64,000 nucleotides of DNA from Hormiphora californensis (taxonomy: Eukaryota > Animalia > Ctenophora): the NCBI GenBank assembly GCA_020137815.1, contig CM035357.1:2418001-2482000 (forward strand). Direction: 5' to 3'. The position numbers and the translations under genes are program-made. Positions 1 to 25,300 of the stretch are shown in pieces (within the stretch, counting starts at the first letter, position 1; every line of letters begins with the position of its first letter). The notes beneath the pieces were generated by a model. That model did no database searches, was not told where the DNA came from, and was given only the letters and a program-made list of their open reading frames with translations.

Positions 1-22
1 CCCTGTTAGCTCTATAATTACC

Positions 23-706
23 AGGGTGTTTTGAGTGAGCCAAGTTGTAGTGTTTTGTAAGCTGGTGTTTCTCCTTGAATACCTTCATACACACAACACA
101 CTGGAGAAACGCTGAAATAATAGAACATGATAAAAACAGTGGAATAAAATCCCCAATAAATCGCAAACAAAAAGGTCATGATTTGGTAAATACGAGAGAG
201 AAAGAATGGGTAACAGTTTCACAAAATTTCTTACATAGAGAGACCACAAGAGGGATCACATACTTACAGGGAGATTTGTTGTGTGCCGTATTATAGTGTC
301 TAGTTAGCAGTCGCTTCTGTTTGAATTCCCTGGCACACACCACACACTGTAAACATTGCCGGGTGGGAGAGTTGGACCGCTGGTCAACATCTTGATCCGA
401 TATGATGTGATCTGAAAAGATATGTATGGTTTAATAAATCTAGAGGTGTGACCAGGGCGACTCGATCAGATTGTCTGGAGCAGTCGAGGCGACAACCCTG
501 TTCAGGGGGTTTGGCGGTAAAACCCCCAAAAAGGCTATAATAACACAAGTTAGCGCCAAATAGGACATTGAAATCTAATGAGGGACACACAAGTTGTGAT
601 CCTTACCTGTCATGTGATGTTTATAGTCTCGATATGTGAAGAATTTATCAGAACACCTCTCACACTCGTAGGGGGCTTGTTCACCTCCCTCATTTCCTGA
701 TATCAT
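23..706 (-). CDS. C2H2 zinc-finger gene C (5' part; continues off the left edge)
   Basis: Phase-compatible GT-AG exons 706-607, 411-268, 111-23 give MISGNEGGEQAPYECERCSDKFFTYRDYKHHMTDH..LQCVVCAREFKQKRLLTRHYNTAH..LQCVVCMKVFKEKHQLTKHYNLAH; acceptor CACAG lies 4 nt before the ATG. Confidence 0.75.
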
Positions 707-1349
707 ATCTCTGTGTAGATAGAGATGGGATTTTAAATTGATAAACCCGGGTTTAACGAGTAACAAGAGGAGGGGTTTAGAATACAATCAGGGTTATGAA
801 TGTACACAATCGAGCGGGGCTATTTATACTTAGATTAGGAAGGGGTATTGGGTTGATTGTAGGTAGGGGTATTAGGGTAATAAAACAAATGATATATCAA
901 TTGTAAAGTAAAGATTGTTCCATAATAAGGTAAGATAAAGATTCTGAAAAAAAGAAAGTTCCCACTTTTCAAAGCAAACTGTCTTTTGCAGCTCTCAAAA
1001 ATCCCATCCCTTATCCCAGACCCTTCACAAATCCCACCTATAATCTACAGATACCGTTAGAGCTGCCTTGTGTAACCCATATGTGTAACACATTTGTGAA
1101 ATATATCTTGAGATCCCGCCTAGTTCGACTCAGTTACGACTAGCACACTCAAATACACCACGTGATCGTTCTCTACCAATCGATTCTCTGTCTCCCCTTT
1201 ACGAGTGCTGACAACATGTCTTCTCAGTACTTTTACCGCGCCGCGCGCACCTAATTTCTCCCCCGCGCTCTACAAAAAAAGCTGAGTTTACAAATTTAGC
1301 GACAACACACTGACACAATATCATCATTATATCTGGTCCTAGTTTTGTT

Positions 1350-5967
<4,618 letters not shown>

Positions 5968-6181
5968 TGCTATTTAGAAACCGGTTAGATGATAATAAAA
6001 TCACTTGGATGTGGAAGTTGACTCAGTAAAACACAGAAAGTTCATGTAGTCAAAAAAAGATTCAGTATAATTTGGTCTCTCTAGCATCACACAATTCCCT
6101 TGTTTTCATGTGTTATGTGTAGGATAAAAACGGATTAAAAATACTGAAAACCGCGTACACAGTCTCTGTACTTTTATCGAT

Positions 6182-6280
6182 CAGGACACAAGTAAACAAC
6201 CAATCAGAACTCGTTATTTAGGTCACGTGACTGGTTATCAGCCAATCAGGGACTAGTATTTCCTGATTCGGTCGGTTCCT
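6182..6280. mobile_element. Short MITE-like repeat with two CCAAT boxes and a CACGTG E-box
   Basis: CCAATCAGAACTCGTTATTTAGGTCACGTGACTGGTTATCAGCCAATCAG core; inverted copy at 40923-41006; ..GGTCGGTTCCT terminus. Confidence 0.7.
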
Positions 6281-6497
6281 ATTATCGATCTAGCCCTACA
6301 TCTATAATAGTCCTAAATCTGGAAAAACCAACTTCTCTCCTCCCCCTCTCTCTCTCTGTAACATCCGATTCTTCATACATGCCTCATATAGTGCTGCTGC
6401 CTGCTATGATGATGATGACCCACCATCATGTTCTAACCCTCCTTTACATCGTGCGGGGTAAGGTGAGACAGGGTCGAGCAAGACCCACCCTCGACCC

Positions 6498-7480
6498 TCA
6501 CTCAAATTGTGGTGTTTCAAAATCCAGTTCATTGTTCTCAATATACTTGTTAATTCTATCCAACGTGTTCCTTGTATCACGTAACGTATCTTTTAATTGA
6601 TCATACCGAGTATCACTATCCCGTTTCCGCTTCCTCCCATCACTCTCACTCTCCTTCCTTATCATACTTCTAGTCTGTCTCTTCTCGCAACTATCTTCCT
6701 CCTTCTCCTCCTTCTCCCCTCTCTCCTCCTCCTCTTCCTGCTCATCTCCATTCTGATCACTATCATCATCACTCAGTTCAAAACAATCATCCATGTGTCG
6801 GGCGAGGTCAAGGTGGAATTTAAACACCTCCCCACACCGGCTACATTTTAGTGCCCCCTCAGCCCTGTGGAACTCAACAACATGGAGCATGAGCTCGTAA
6901 CAATTCGCAAAACGGAGATCACATACCACACACTTCCGGTGGGAGAGGTGATGGGTTTTAATATGGCGGTACAGGGACGGCAGTTCCTCGAGTGACGGAA
7001 TCCTGAAGATACACAAACAACACTGACAGATGTTGATTGGAGGGCCAGGTGATATTGGTGGTGGTGTTGGTTTGGAGGGTGTTGCAGGGGTAGAGGGGGT
7101 CTTTTCAGGGCTACCCCAGGCACCCGCTGAGCGAGTTTCAGTTATCGTATTGTCCACCTCAACCTGTGCGATCTCTTCCACCTAAATAGTGTTAGTTGTA
7201 TTGTTTAGACTGTAACATGCCTGATGTGAAATGTTTATAAAACTGGGTGACACTGGGTTTACGGGAGTTCTCTCCCCCCCCCCCAAACTGGGTGAAACAG
7301 CACAAACTTTTGTAAATAAAATGGCTACAAAAGTGGTCTTCTGAAAAAAATAATATTGATAACACACCTGTGTCCCCATGATAGCGAAGGGTGAAATATC
7401 CTCTAACATGTTACCAGGTCCTATCTCCTGAAGTTCCGGTGAACTTCTCTCCTCTTCCTCCTCCTCATTCGTGTCCCCCA
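6498..7480 (-). CDS. C2H2 zinc-finger gene A (three fingers plus acidic/charged C-terminus); 5' end uncertain
   Basis: Exons 7480-7368 and 7181-6498 in frame; CxxC..HxxxH motifs (CVVCDLRF..LHVVEFH, CSRCGEVF..RHMDDC); first in-frame ATG at 7409. Confidence 0.75.
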
Positions 7481-7731
7481 CTGACGGAAAAGGAGGATGT
7501 GTTAGGAAAAAAATGAAGAATATTTTAGTGGTGAGGGCTAGGAGCCCGGATAGAATTGAAAGTGTTGAGATTTACAGAGATTGGACCGACTGTCACTACG
7601 CTGGAAAGTGGCAAGCGCAAAGGTGGTATGGCCATTTTAAGAACATTTAAATTTAATATAACATACCATCAACAAATATATCTCTCCGTGCTTTCATCGG
7701 ACTTTTCTTTGGTAACAACTCAGACTTATCC

Positions 7732-15699
<7,968 letters not shown>

Positions 15700-15875
15700 A
15701 CGAGGCCTAAAGTTGGGATATTGGGGGTGTCAATACGAGGACTAGAGTTGGGAATTTGGGGCGTGAGGACTAGAGTTGGGAATAAGAGGACTAGAGTTGG
15801 GAATTCGGGGCGTCAGAACTCTGAATTCAGCAATGATAAAAAACACGATTAAATTTGACCTGCTCTGAATATATA

Positions 15876-16047
15876 CAGTCGGACCCCGATTTACCGGGCC
15901 CCGATTTACCGGAACCCCGATTTACCGGGAGGATAAATTTCCCCCGATATAGGAAATTAACAGTATTTGACCCCGATATACCGGGCACCCCGATTTACCG
16001 GGCAGAACCCTTTCCCCCGAGGATCCCGGTAAATCGGGGTCCGACTG
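15876..16047. mobile_element. Tc1/mariner-pogo-type MITE (CAGTCGGACCCCGATTTA TIR, TA TSD)
   Basis: TA|CAGTCGGACCCCGATTTA..TAAATCGGGGTCCGACTG|TA; six family members in this window. Confidence 0.9.
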
Positions 16048-16077
16048 TATTTAGTACACGAAATAAAAACACAATTA

Positions 16078-17260
16078 TCAATCACTCTCTCCGCCTGCTT
16101 CTTCTTTTTGTTTCATCTCTTCTATCAATCGTTTTCTCTCCTCAGCCTGTCTCAATCTCATAAGAGTCAGTGACTCATAGTCTCTATCTAACTCCCCCTT
16201 AGAGGCAACTCTACTATTATCTGGTACGGCCGAGGAGGGTGCTGTCGAGAATGAGGGAAATGAAGAGAATTGTCCTGGTGGCGGTGGAGGTGGTGGATTT
16301 GGATTTGGAGTTGGTTGTTGTTGCTGTTGATGTTGTTGTTCCTCCGTGTCTGTGTCATGGAGGATTCGAACTGAAAAACGAGTCCCCTCCAAACCTTTCT
16401 CTTTCTGTTGGCAAATTTTAGCGGCAGCAATCGATTGGAAAACGGCAACTGCAGAACCCTTCTTTTTGCCACTAACAACAATATCTCCGACAGGTCCATA
16501 CTGTTCTAAGATCTTCCTCAAAACTCGCTCTGAATAACCCCCATTTGTTGGATCCTCCTTACTGCACTTCCATTTTAGTTTCACTGTTGCCCTGTCGGCT
16601 ATGGTGGTCGTGGCCCGGGTGAAAAAGTCTTTTCGGAGTTTCTCTTCCTCTCGTCGCATCAGATCTTCACCTGAATAAAAAGTGATAAATATCAGGCCAG
16701 GGAAATTCCAAAATAATAAAATAATAACCAAAGAGGAGACAACTTACCTTCAGCTTGCAGTTTTTTGATGTGTTCTGCTAAACTTTGTTCTGCTTTTTTC
16801 ACACTTACTCCACCACTAAATGCTTTCTGTTCTTTCTCCTCGAGATCCTCTTTTAACTTTCGTCTTTTCGCATCCAATTTCTGGGTACGGAGTCTATTGA
16901 AGAAAATATATTATGTATGCAACATACTGGTGCATGTACTTCGTATTTCCTATTTTGAATAACTAATTTTGTAAACATAAAACAAATAATACATCTAAAA
17001 ACATACTTTGAAGCTTCTCGTGCCTTCAAAATAGTATCATAATTAGCCCGGGATTCCTCGTTGCCTAGCAACTCCATGATTTGGGTGAACTTGAGAAAGA
17101 TATCATGGGCGGCCGGATCAGGATTCTTGTCCGGATGGTATTTCAAAGCTCTCTTCTTGTATGCAGTTGATATCTGCTTACTCGTAGCATCGCTTGCAAC
17201 CCCAAGAAGATCGTATAGATTCTCTTTGTTGATGTCAATTAGGGATTTTGAAGGTGCCAT
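16078..17260 (-). CDS. DNAJC17: DnaJ homolog subfamily C member 17 (J domain + RRM)
   Basis: Exons 17260-17007, 16893-16748, 16670-16078 in frame; J domain with HPDKNP, coiled coil, VKLKWK..GGYS..LRKIL..YG RRM, C-terminal RDYESLTLMRLRQAEERKRLIEEM typical of DNAJC17/Cwc23. Confidence 0.93.
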
Positions 17261-17863
17261 GGCTAAGAATAACAGTTCGAATGTTACATCTACTACACAT
17301 TAGATGAAATTAACAAACATAGATTCATGGTCCAACCTGGAAATCAACCCGGACACCACCCACTGGACTCAGGCTTTCTTCGCCTCTGGAACCTGGGTGG
17401 TAGCTTTCATTTTATGGACAATTTCAGTTCATTTTTGGCTCTTTCATTTTTAGCAATTTCCACGTCGATTTAGGAAATTTAGATGTCTCTGGTTTCATTT
17501 TCAAATTGGTAATTTCCTGGTGTTGCCCGGTCCTTTTTGGAAACTTCCGTCTTCCGTTCCAATTTTTGGGTTCAGAAAAACCACTGATGATATTGATATT
17601 TACCAAACTTTATCTCATGTACAGTGTACTCTGTGGGCTCTCTGAAACCCTCAGAAAGTTCCCCTTTCGCGCAGACATGTGGTCAGTGGTGTTGAAAATA
17701 TTTTAAAAGTGTTTAAAAATTTTAAACTTTTCCGCGCGGCTTTTTTTCAAATTTTCGATTTGAAAAAAGTCGCGCGCGTGTTGCGCGGCACCTTAAAGCA
17801 ACGCAAAAACAACAAATCCGCGTTTGCTGGTGATATCAAATTACAATTTTCTTGAATTGTCGT

Positions 17864-18210
17864 AAATCTTCAAAAATCTTCAAAATTCTTCATAAGTATT
17901 CATAAATCTTCATAAATCTTCACAAATCTTCTTAAATCTTCATTATCATAAATCTTCATAAATCTTCATAAATCTTCATAAATCTTCATAAATCTTCATA
18001 AATCTTCATAAATCTTCATAAATCTTCATTAATCTTCATGGATTTTCATAAATTTTCATAAATCTTCATAAGTCTTCATAAATCTTTACAGTCATAAATC
18101 TTCATAATTAACTAATTAAGTCTTCATAAATCTTCTTGATCTTCTTGATCATCTCAAATCATCTCAAATCTTTTCAAATCTTCTCAAATCTTGTTAAATC
18201 TTCTCGAATC
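17864..18210. repeat. 10-bp tandem repeat (AAATCTTCAT)n
   Basis: Direct inspection; degenerate at both ends. Confidence 0.9.
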
Positions 18211-20533
18211 TTCCTGAATCTCATTCTCCTTAACCTTCTTCTATTATATGCTTGCCACGCGACCTATCTAGCGCTGCGACCCCATCTGAGTGCACTGTTT
18301 TGAGAATCAAATTGGGGTCCGGGTAAAACAAAACCGGTTTATTTGAACACTTAACTAAAAGATTAAAAGAATAATCGTTACCACAAGAAACCGTCAGAGA
18401 CTCAGAGGTCGGTAAACCAGTCGACTCCAGTGGAACACTACCACACTCACTATCGTTTTTACCCCCTCTGACCCTCTTTCCTTGTCCAGAGATGTCCGAA
18501 ATCTCAAATCGTCAACGAAATCGTCAACTTGACTGTCCCAGGTTTTGAAGAAAAATATAACTGATTTGACTAGATATAGGTGGACGAAACTCGGACAGGG
18601 GGAGGGAGGGGGTCTGGCAGATTCGGACAGACCTGGACAGGGGGAGGGGGGGGGGGTAAAAAAATAACCAAAAATCACGGACTTCCTTTTTGAATTGCCC
18701 CGGCCTTACGCATACGCCGTATGGGATCAGGGCCTTGAGTTTGTGGCAAACCCAAACATGAATATTTAAAAGATGCATCCCTAAGTTTTATGAGCACAGA
18801 CTATAACCCCTGTGTGGACAAATCCCATGTCCCCCTAGTCCTACTGCATCTCAAATATTTAATATGTTACAATAGTAGCATCTCCCAAAGGTATAATACC
18901 CTTGTTACTGTTAGCTGTCACACAATTCCCGGAATTTCCCCGCCCTGATGACCATAACGAATGATCTTTATAGTAAGATTCTTAGTGAGATTCTTAGTGG
19001 GATTCTCACCACCATGTAGATCAATTTGAAGGAGCTGTCATATTCTCACAGTTATAATTGTGGGAACAAATAATAACTGCACCATAATATATGCAGAGCT
19101 ATAACAATCCGATAGTCTACTGCAATTCAGTTTCACTCAATTGATTCCATCCTATCTGCACAGTACATGACAGCTCTGCAATAGTTAATTGTGTTCCGGG
19201 ATCGTTATGTTTTCCCATACCCCCCCCCCCTCATGCATGCAGCATTAATGAGCTGCACGTCCCCTCTAAGAGCGACACATTGATAATAATGTCTCCTCTA
19301 ATGTCCCCTCTTATTCTTAATGATGATGGTGTGAATTGTGTTTCACTGAACTTGAAATGTAGGACATGTGCTGTGTGACAGAATGCAGCAGTTTCACATA
19401 CATATTTAGATGGCAGGAAGCTGTGGCCTGAGTCTCAGCTTTCTAAGAATCCCAGGCCCTGAGATTCTTAGAAAGCTTTAGAGGTCGCTGATCGTTAGCA
19501 TATAGATTGTCATTTATATTCTGTAGTTGCATGATTATCACATCCTATTATAATAGCTGGGGGTAATTTATATTCTTTTCATTTTAGTTTTATCTGCTTT
19601 TGCCTCTTTTTTATTTATACATTCGGTAGCTTATATCGGTATTCTTGGTCATTATATCTTCATGTTATATCTACAAATACCATTGGTAGTGGATATCAAT
19701 TAGCTACTCTAACTTTTTCCAAGAGAGCTGGAAATGCTTTTAGTATTTTCCTTGCAGTTTCATTAAATGTTCAGCTTATATTTCTCTCAGTCTCATGATA
19801 GCTGACCTTTGAAATCTAATGGCACTACCACATTCTGTTCAAATTGACCTCATGCAGGGATCAAAGTATTAATAATGCTCTTTTATTCCACCACCTCTCT
19901 CTCTCCCTCCCTTACTCCGTCTCTCTATCTCTCTGTCCCTCTCCCTCCATCTCTCTCTTTCTCTTTATAATACAGGAAGCATTAAAGGCAGCTCCTGCTC
20001 TTCAAGTAATATCCGCTAGTAAAGAGGGGACAAATTAACGCGAGAACGCCCCCCACAAAATCTATTGTTCTCAATTCGCATATAATATCAGCCACCGCGG
20101 ATGCCTGCTCCGCTGGCAAGGGAGGGGTTATTTCGTTACCAACTTCTGGAGTACTAGGGTACAACTTGGCCGATAGCATCATAGACTCATCATATATTTA
20201 TAGAACGAAAGCTGCAATACAAGCCTTTTTCGAGAAATTGCGATTCAGATTTCCAGATCCCAGCAGCTGCAGTTTGCCTCGCTGCACCCTCTATTATGAT
20301 GAGCTGGCTATGTTCCCTCATATTCTATAGTTTGTTGCACATCTTTAATTGGTTAAAGCCATGAATATCAATTAACTGCTCATCAATTTGAACGTATCTA
20401 GCTCGTGCACACATAATATGGCGTCGGTCTCACTGTAGTTCAAATTAATTTGATAGATCGAGCCATCGTGCTATCTTCAATAATCCGTGATGCCGACCCA
20501 ATTTAGCTGTAACTGCAGTAACGGCCCAGTCTA

Positions 20534-20730
<197 letters not shown>

Positions 20731-22350
20731 AAGAGAGAGAAAGAGAGAGAATGAAAGATACTGAGAGATAGAGAGAAACGAAAAAGACAGAGAGATATAA
20801 TTGTTTTTATAAATTTATATGGCAGCAGAACCATTAACTTTACAACAAAATGCTCCTAATGGCAGCTGCCATAAATTCTAGTTTTATTTTGTATGCACTG
20901 CAGTACCGCAGAAGAAAACATATTCCATAATCCATGCATCATATGATGGGCCATTAATTATCGCAATATATTGCGGAGGGGAATGTCGACCTGTCTGTTT
21001 TGCTCCATGCAATTATATGCACACATTTCTCTTAAAAAGTATGATGTCCCAATTGATTTTTCTACAAGACCCCCACACATATCACAGCTGTTGTAGTGAT
21101 CATGTGGGAGTCTAAAGAAATCAATAATGGGACATATTTCTTTGTTTCTCCGGTAATCACTTCCCCCTGAATTGTGCACGTGGATTTCCAGCAAATTACA
21201 GAATCTCCAACACTCCACCCATGCAACGTTCCACCTAATACCCATGTTCCACCCATGATACTGCATGTGTTCAGGGTTTATATACCTGCAGCGATTCTAT
21301 TTGTGGTCTATACTTCAGCTTGGTTTGTTATATGTATCAGCTGCATGTCCTGCGGAATGTGACCAACCGATGATTCAACAGACCCAAGTACAGACAGTTG
21401 TATAATACACGCGGTAAAAGGTCATGGGAAATGACGCGTGTTCTTCATGATATAGATTGCGGTTTTTAGGTTAAATTGTTTCCCGTTCATCTTAGACGTA
21501 TACTACTCTCGCTTACGTGTGTGGCCTATAAACTCGCCTTATTTTGAAGTTTTACGTGCCTGATACAACTATTTATTCATAGTTTGACTGTTAAATATTG
21601 TACGATGGTTCCGATAGACAGTGGAAACACACATAATATTAGAGATATTGATATTGGACAAGCTGTTGCCACCATCATACCAAGCCCAATTAGTGTCCTA
21701 AGTGTTATTTTGACACCTCCACCAATTGTTCTAGCGTCAATCTAGCTTCAATGTTATGAAATAACCACATGTTGGGCCAAATTGTTTGTGCGACCATCTG
21801 GCCTTGTTCTCACTTATGGGAACAGCTGCACTCTGCAGGCCACGGTTATTATAAGGTATTCGTCAGGGGCCAGGGCTCAATAAAGGACAAAGGTGCAGCA
21901 GGCCGCATGGATACGTCCTTGTTTTGAAGATTTTAGGCTTTTCTTTCCGTCTTGGCACGGTTCTCTTTGTGGAACCTTTTAATTTGATAACAGCCGATAC
22001 AGCTGTGTGTGTGGCGTGCTTCCGCTATGTCATGTCACACATAACTACATCACAATGTTTGAGTATTCTACCCCGGCCCTTTCTTCCAATATATCGGATA
22101 TATCATTCAGGTTTTGTTCTTGCATGAGGTCCCAGCTGCCACACGTTAATATAACTCAGCTGTATTATTCATTGCTCCATCCCATAGCTCTTCCAATTAA
22201 TTGTGGCCAGTATACAATTATTGTAGAAGACCACACATTCTATAATGCACCATTCTTCAGAATAATGAATATTATAATCTGAAGTTTAACTTCTTGGTAC
22301 TTTTTGTAATTTGGTAACTTAACCGATGTGCATGTTTTATCAGGGTTATA

Positions 22351-25300
22351 ATGTCGCTCCCCCTGCTCCTCCTCCTTTCCCTCCTACCCTGTCATGCTGC
22401 TCCGGACGCCCCAGGGGAGGCAACAGAGTTAAAGAATCTGTTGAGGGTGATCTCGGAGAATTTTGGGCACCAGTTTGAGATGAAAACTTATTTTACAAGT
22501 TTGGAGGGGCAGTTGGGACGAATGCCTTACAAAACTATATCCGGGTAATTACAGTAATTATCTCTAATTATCTCTAATCATTATTTGTTTTCCATTTATT
22601 GCCTAAATTATCTTGGTAACCATTCTTCAGAAATGAGACGCTGAACACAGTATCTAATCATGTTTTGGAAACTTTAGCAAACGCTCGAGTGAACCTCACG
22701 AAAATCCGGAGGAGGGCCCAACAAGCCTTCAAAGATTATTACATGGATGACTTGGAAACCTTTGATTTTGTTGATTTGTTTTCAAACTCAACCGCCATAA
22801 GTAAGCTTTAAAATTCAAATTAAATTGATTTTAACTTCATTCTACTTTACGAATACGCACCAATTGTAGGTTCTTCGACGACTTCTTCAACTGAAGAACA
22901 ACTGAATAATATTCTTAGAATTCTTAGAATCTACCATTGTACCTATTGTATACCCTCAGAGAAAAGAGAGATGACGTATGCATCGGATTCACGCTTCAGA
23001 AAAGGTGTCAATTTTGAAAACTCCTCGGTTTCTCTACCCATGGACGTGTTTTACAACTGGACGGACATCCGCAGAACTATTCAGGTTGGTGAATACTATC
23101 TGAGCCTTCAACCATAGTAGCACTAACGCCCTTCAGTCCTCCACTTGTATCCTCTGGAAGCTAGTATAGAGACTTCACCTTTCTAGGCTTCAAACATTCA
23201 GGCTATCAGGGGTTCAAGCTTGAACCCCCAAGTACTATAATAATATATAATAATTGTATCATATTATTCTCACTCACTCTCCCCACACCCAGTGGACGAG
23301 TGGGTTGGACGATGTTTTCAAGGATAACCTCCCTACCAATTCATCTCTTGGTTTCTACCAACACTTCAGTACCCCTGAGGGGGTGATGAGAGCGTACCCT
23401 TCCCACTACCAGAAGAGAGTTGATGATTGGCTGTTTTATGATCCTCGGCAACGAACATGGTACACATTACAACTTGACAAGCGAGATTGTATTTAGTTAT
23501 CGATTCAACAGATTCAAAGATTTAATGTATATCCGTTAGTGCCTGACTGTGGTCTGGATTCAGAAAAGCTCCGTGTCCAATTTCCCTTCTCATACAGGTA
23601 TAGTACGGGAAGTATGGAACCTAAAAGTATTGTCTTCTTGATCGATGGAAGTGGAAGCATTTACGGAGAATCCAATCGGTTTCTTAAGGAAACTGTAAAA
23701 AATGTACGTACATTTTGATTTACAGCAAAACCGGATGCGTCCGTCCGGGCGGATATATTTTGACAATATGAAGTTTACACTTTGACATGTGTTGTGTCCC
23801 ACATTGTAACACCTGTTACAGCGCAGCTCTGTAACAGGTGTTACAATGTGGGACACATTACATTACAGCTGCTGTAAGCTAATATTTAGTTTTAAAAATT
23901 AGTAACTTGTCAAAGGATACTTTTGACAAATTAGTGCTCCCATGAGTTCATTAACATTTAGTTCATGCTTCTCGATAATTTCATTTGTCACAGACTCACA
24001 GCCTCACAGCAATTTACAATCAATTGAGCTGGTTAACTGGTTATTATAATAGTAGCCATTCATTACCTTCCAATGTCCTTATTAATATTAGAAGAAGTCA
24101 ATGTTTCCCAAGGTCAGGACTATTCATTTATACTTTTTAGCACGGATGCCGGACACAGTGTCACTGTCAAACGATTCTATAGACCCCCCCCCGGCCCCAC
24201 TAGTTAAACCCATGCCATACACAGGTGTTACAAACGCTTGTATCAGACCTGGACTACATTGATCTAGCGATGGTACGAGAAGAGAAGGTGACGTCCCTTG
24301 TACAGTGCAATGAAAGTGAAGATCGGCTGAGACGGACTACCCGGGCTACAAAATCATATTTTTCTCATTTCATTGAAAATGAACAATGGTACGTTGCGCT
24401 GGTACTACTGGTACTTGTAGTAGGTACTAGTAATTAGTTTCATTAATTAATTGACTGAAAAGTTAATTTGCAATTGACCGAATCACGCCCATGAACAATT
24501 TAACATTTATCCGTCAGGTATGGTATAGCTAACATAACGAAAGGTTTTGAGTACGCATTTGACCTGCTAGAACAGCCCGGTCCGGAAACATGTCACAAGT
24601 TAATTGTCTTGTTTACTGATTACACTAACGAGAAACTAATACCCTACATTGAAAAGAGGGATAAGGAACTAGGAGGAGGAACTCATGTCGTCATCTTTAC
24701 ATATGGATTCGAGGTAATGAATTACGTTGCAGTCGTAAATGTAATGACAAAAGGTTATGAGTGACAAATGTGTTCTAAATCACCCTACCATTTATTTGTC
24801 TTGATACTTTTAACTAACTCACTACTATATACAGGGCTGGATAAGACAGAACCTGTCGAGAGTTGCAGAACATTTTGAAGGGTATTCTGTCAAAATCAAG
24901 AACCTTCCTCACATTTTCACTGCTGCCCGACGGATCACTAATGTGTTCACCAGCAAAGGAGTCAGAGAGGCATTGCCACAGTTTCCATTTAGTAACAGTT
25001 ATAAAGATGGATTTGGTCAGGTATTATACATATAGTCCAGATAATCCAATTAGTATAGTCCAGATATAATCCAATTAGTACAGAACATATTGCATCATTT
25101 CCTTCGTTCTAGAGTGGTTTAATGATTTATTATCCTATCTCTAGGAATACATCGTGACATTACTGCTTCCTGTTCTGAGTTCTGGACAACCCTCCCCGAT
25201 ATATCCTGAAACCCGAGACGGATCCTTTTTAGGTAGGTATTTGGTTTGGTTTGGTTTGATTTGGTTTGATTTGGTTTGGTTTGGTTTGGTTTGGTTTGGT

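Noticed and set aside
15855-16163. QSDPDLPGP/TVGPRFTG ORFs (also 44084, 58319, 59735, 59934)
   Set aside because: Read-through of the CAGTCGGACC MITE
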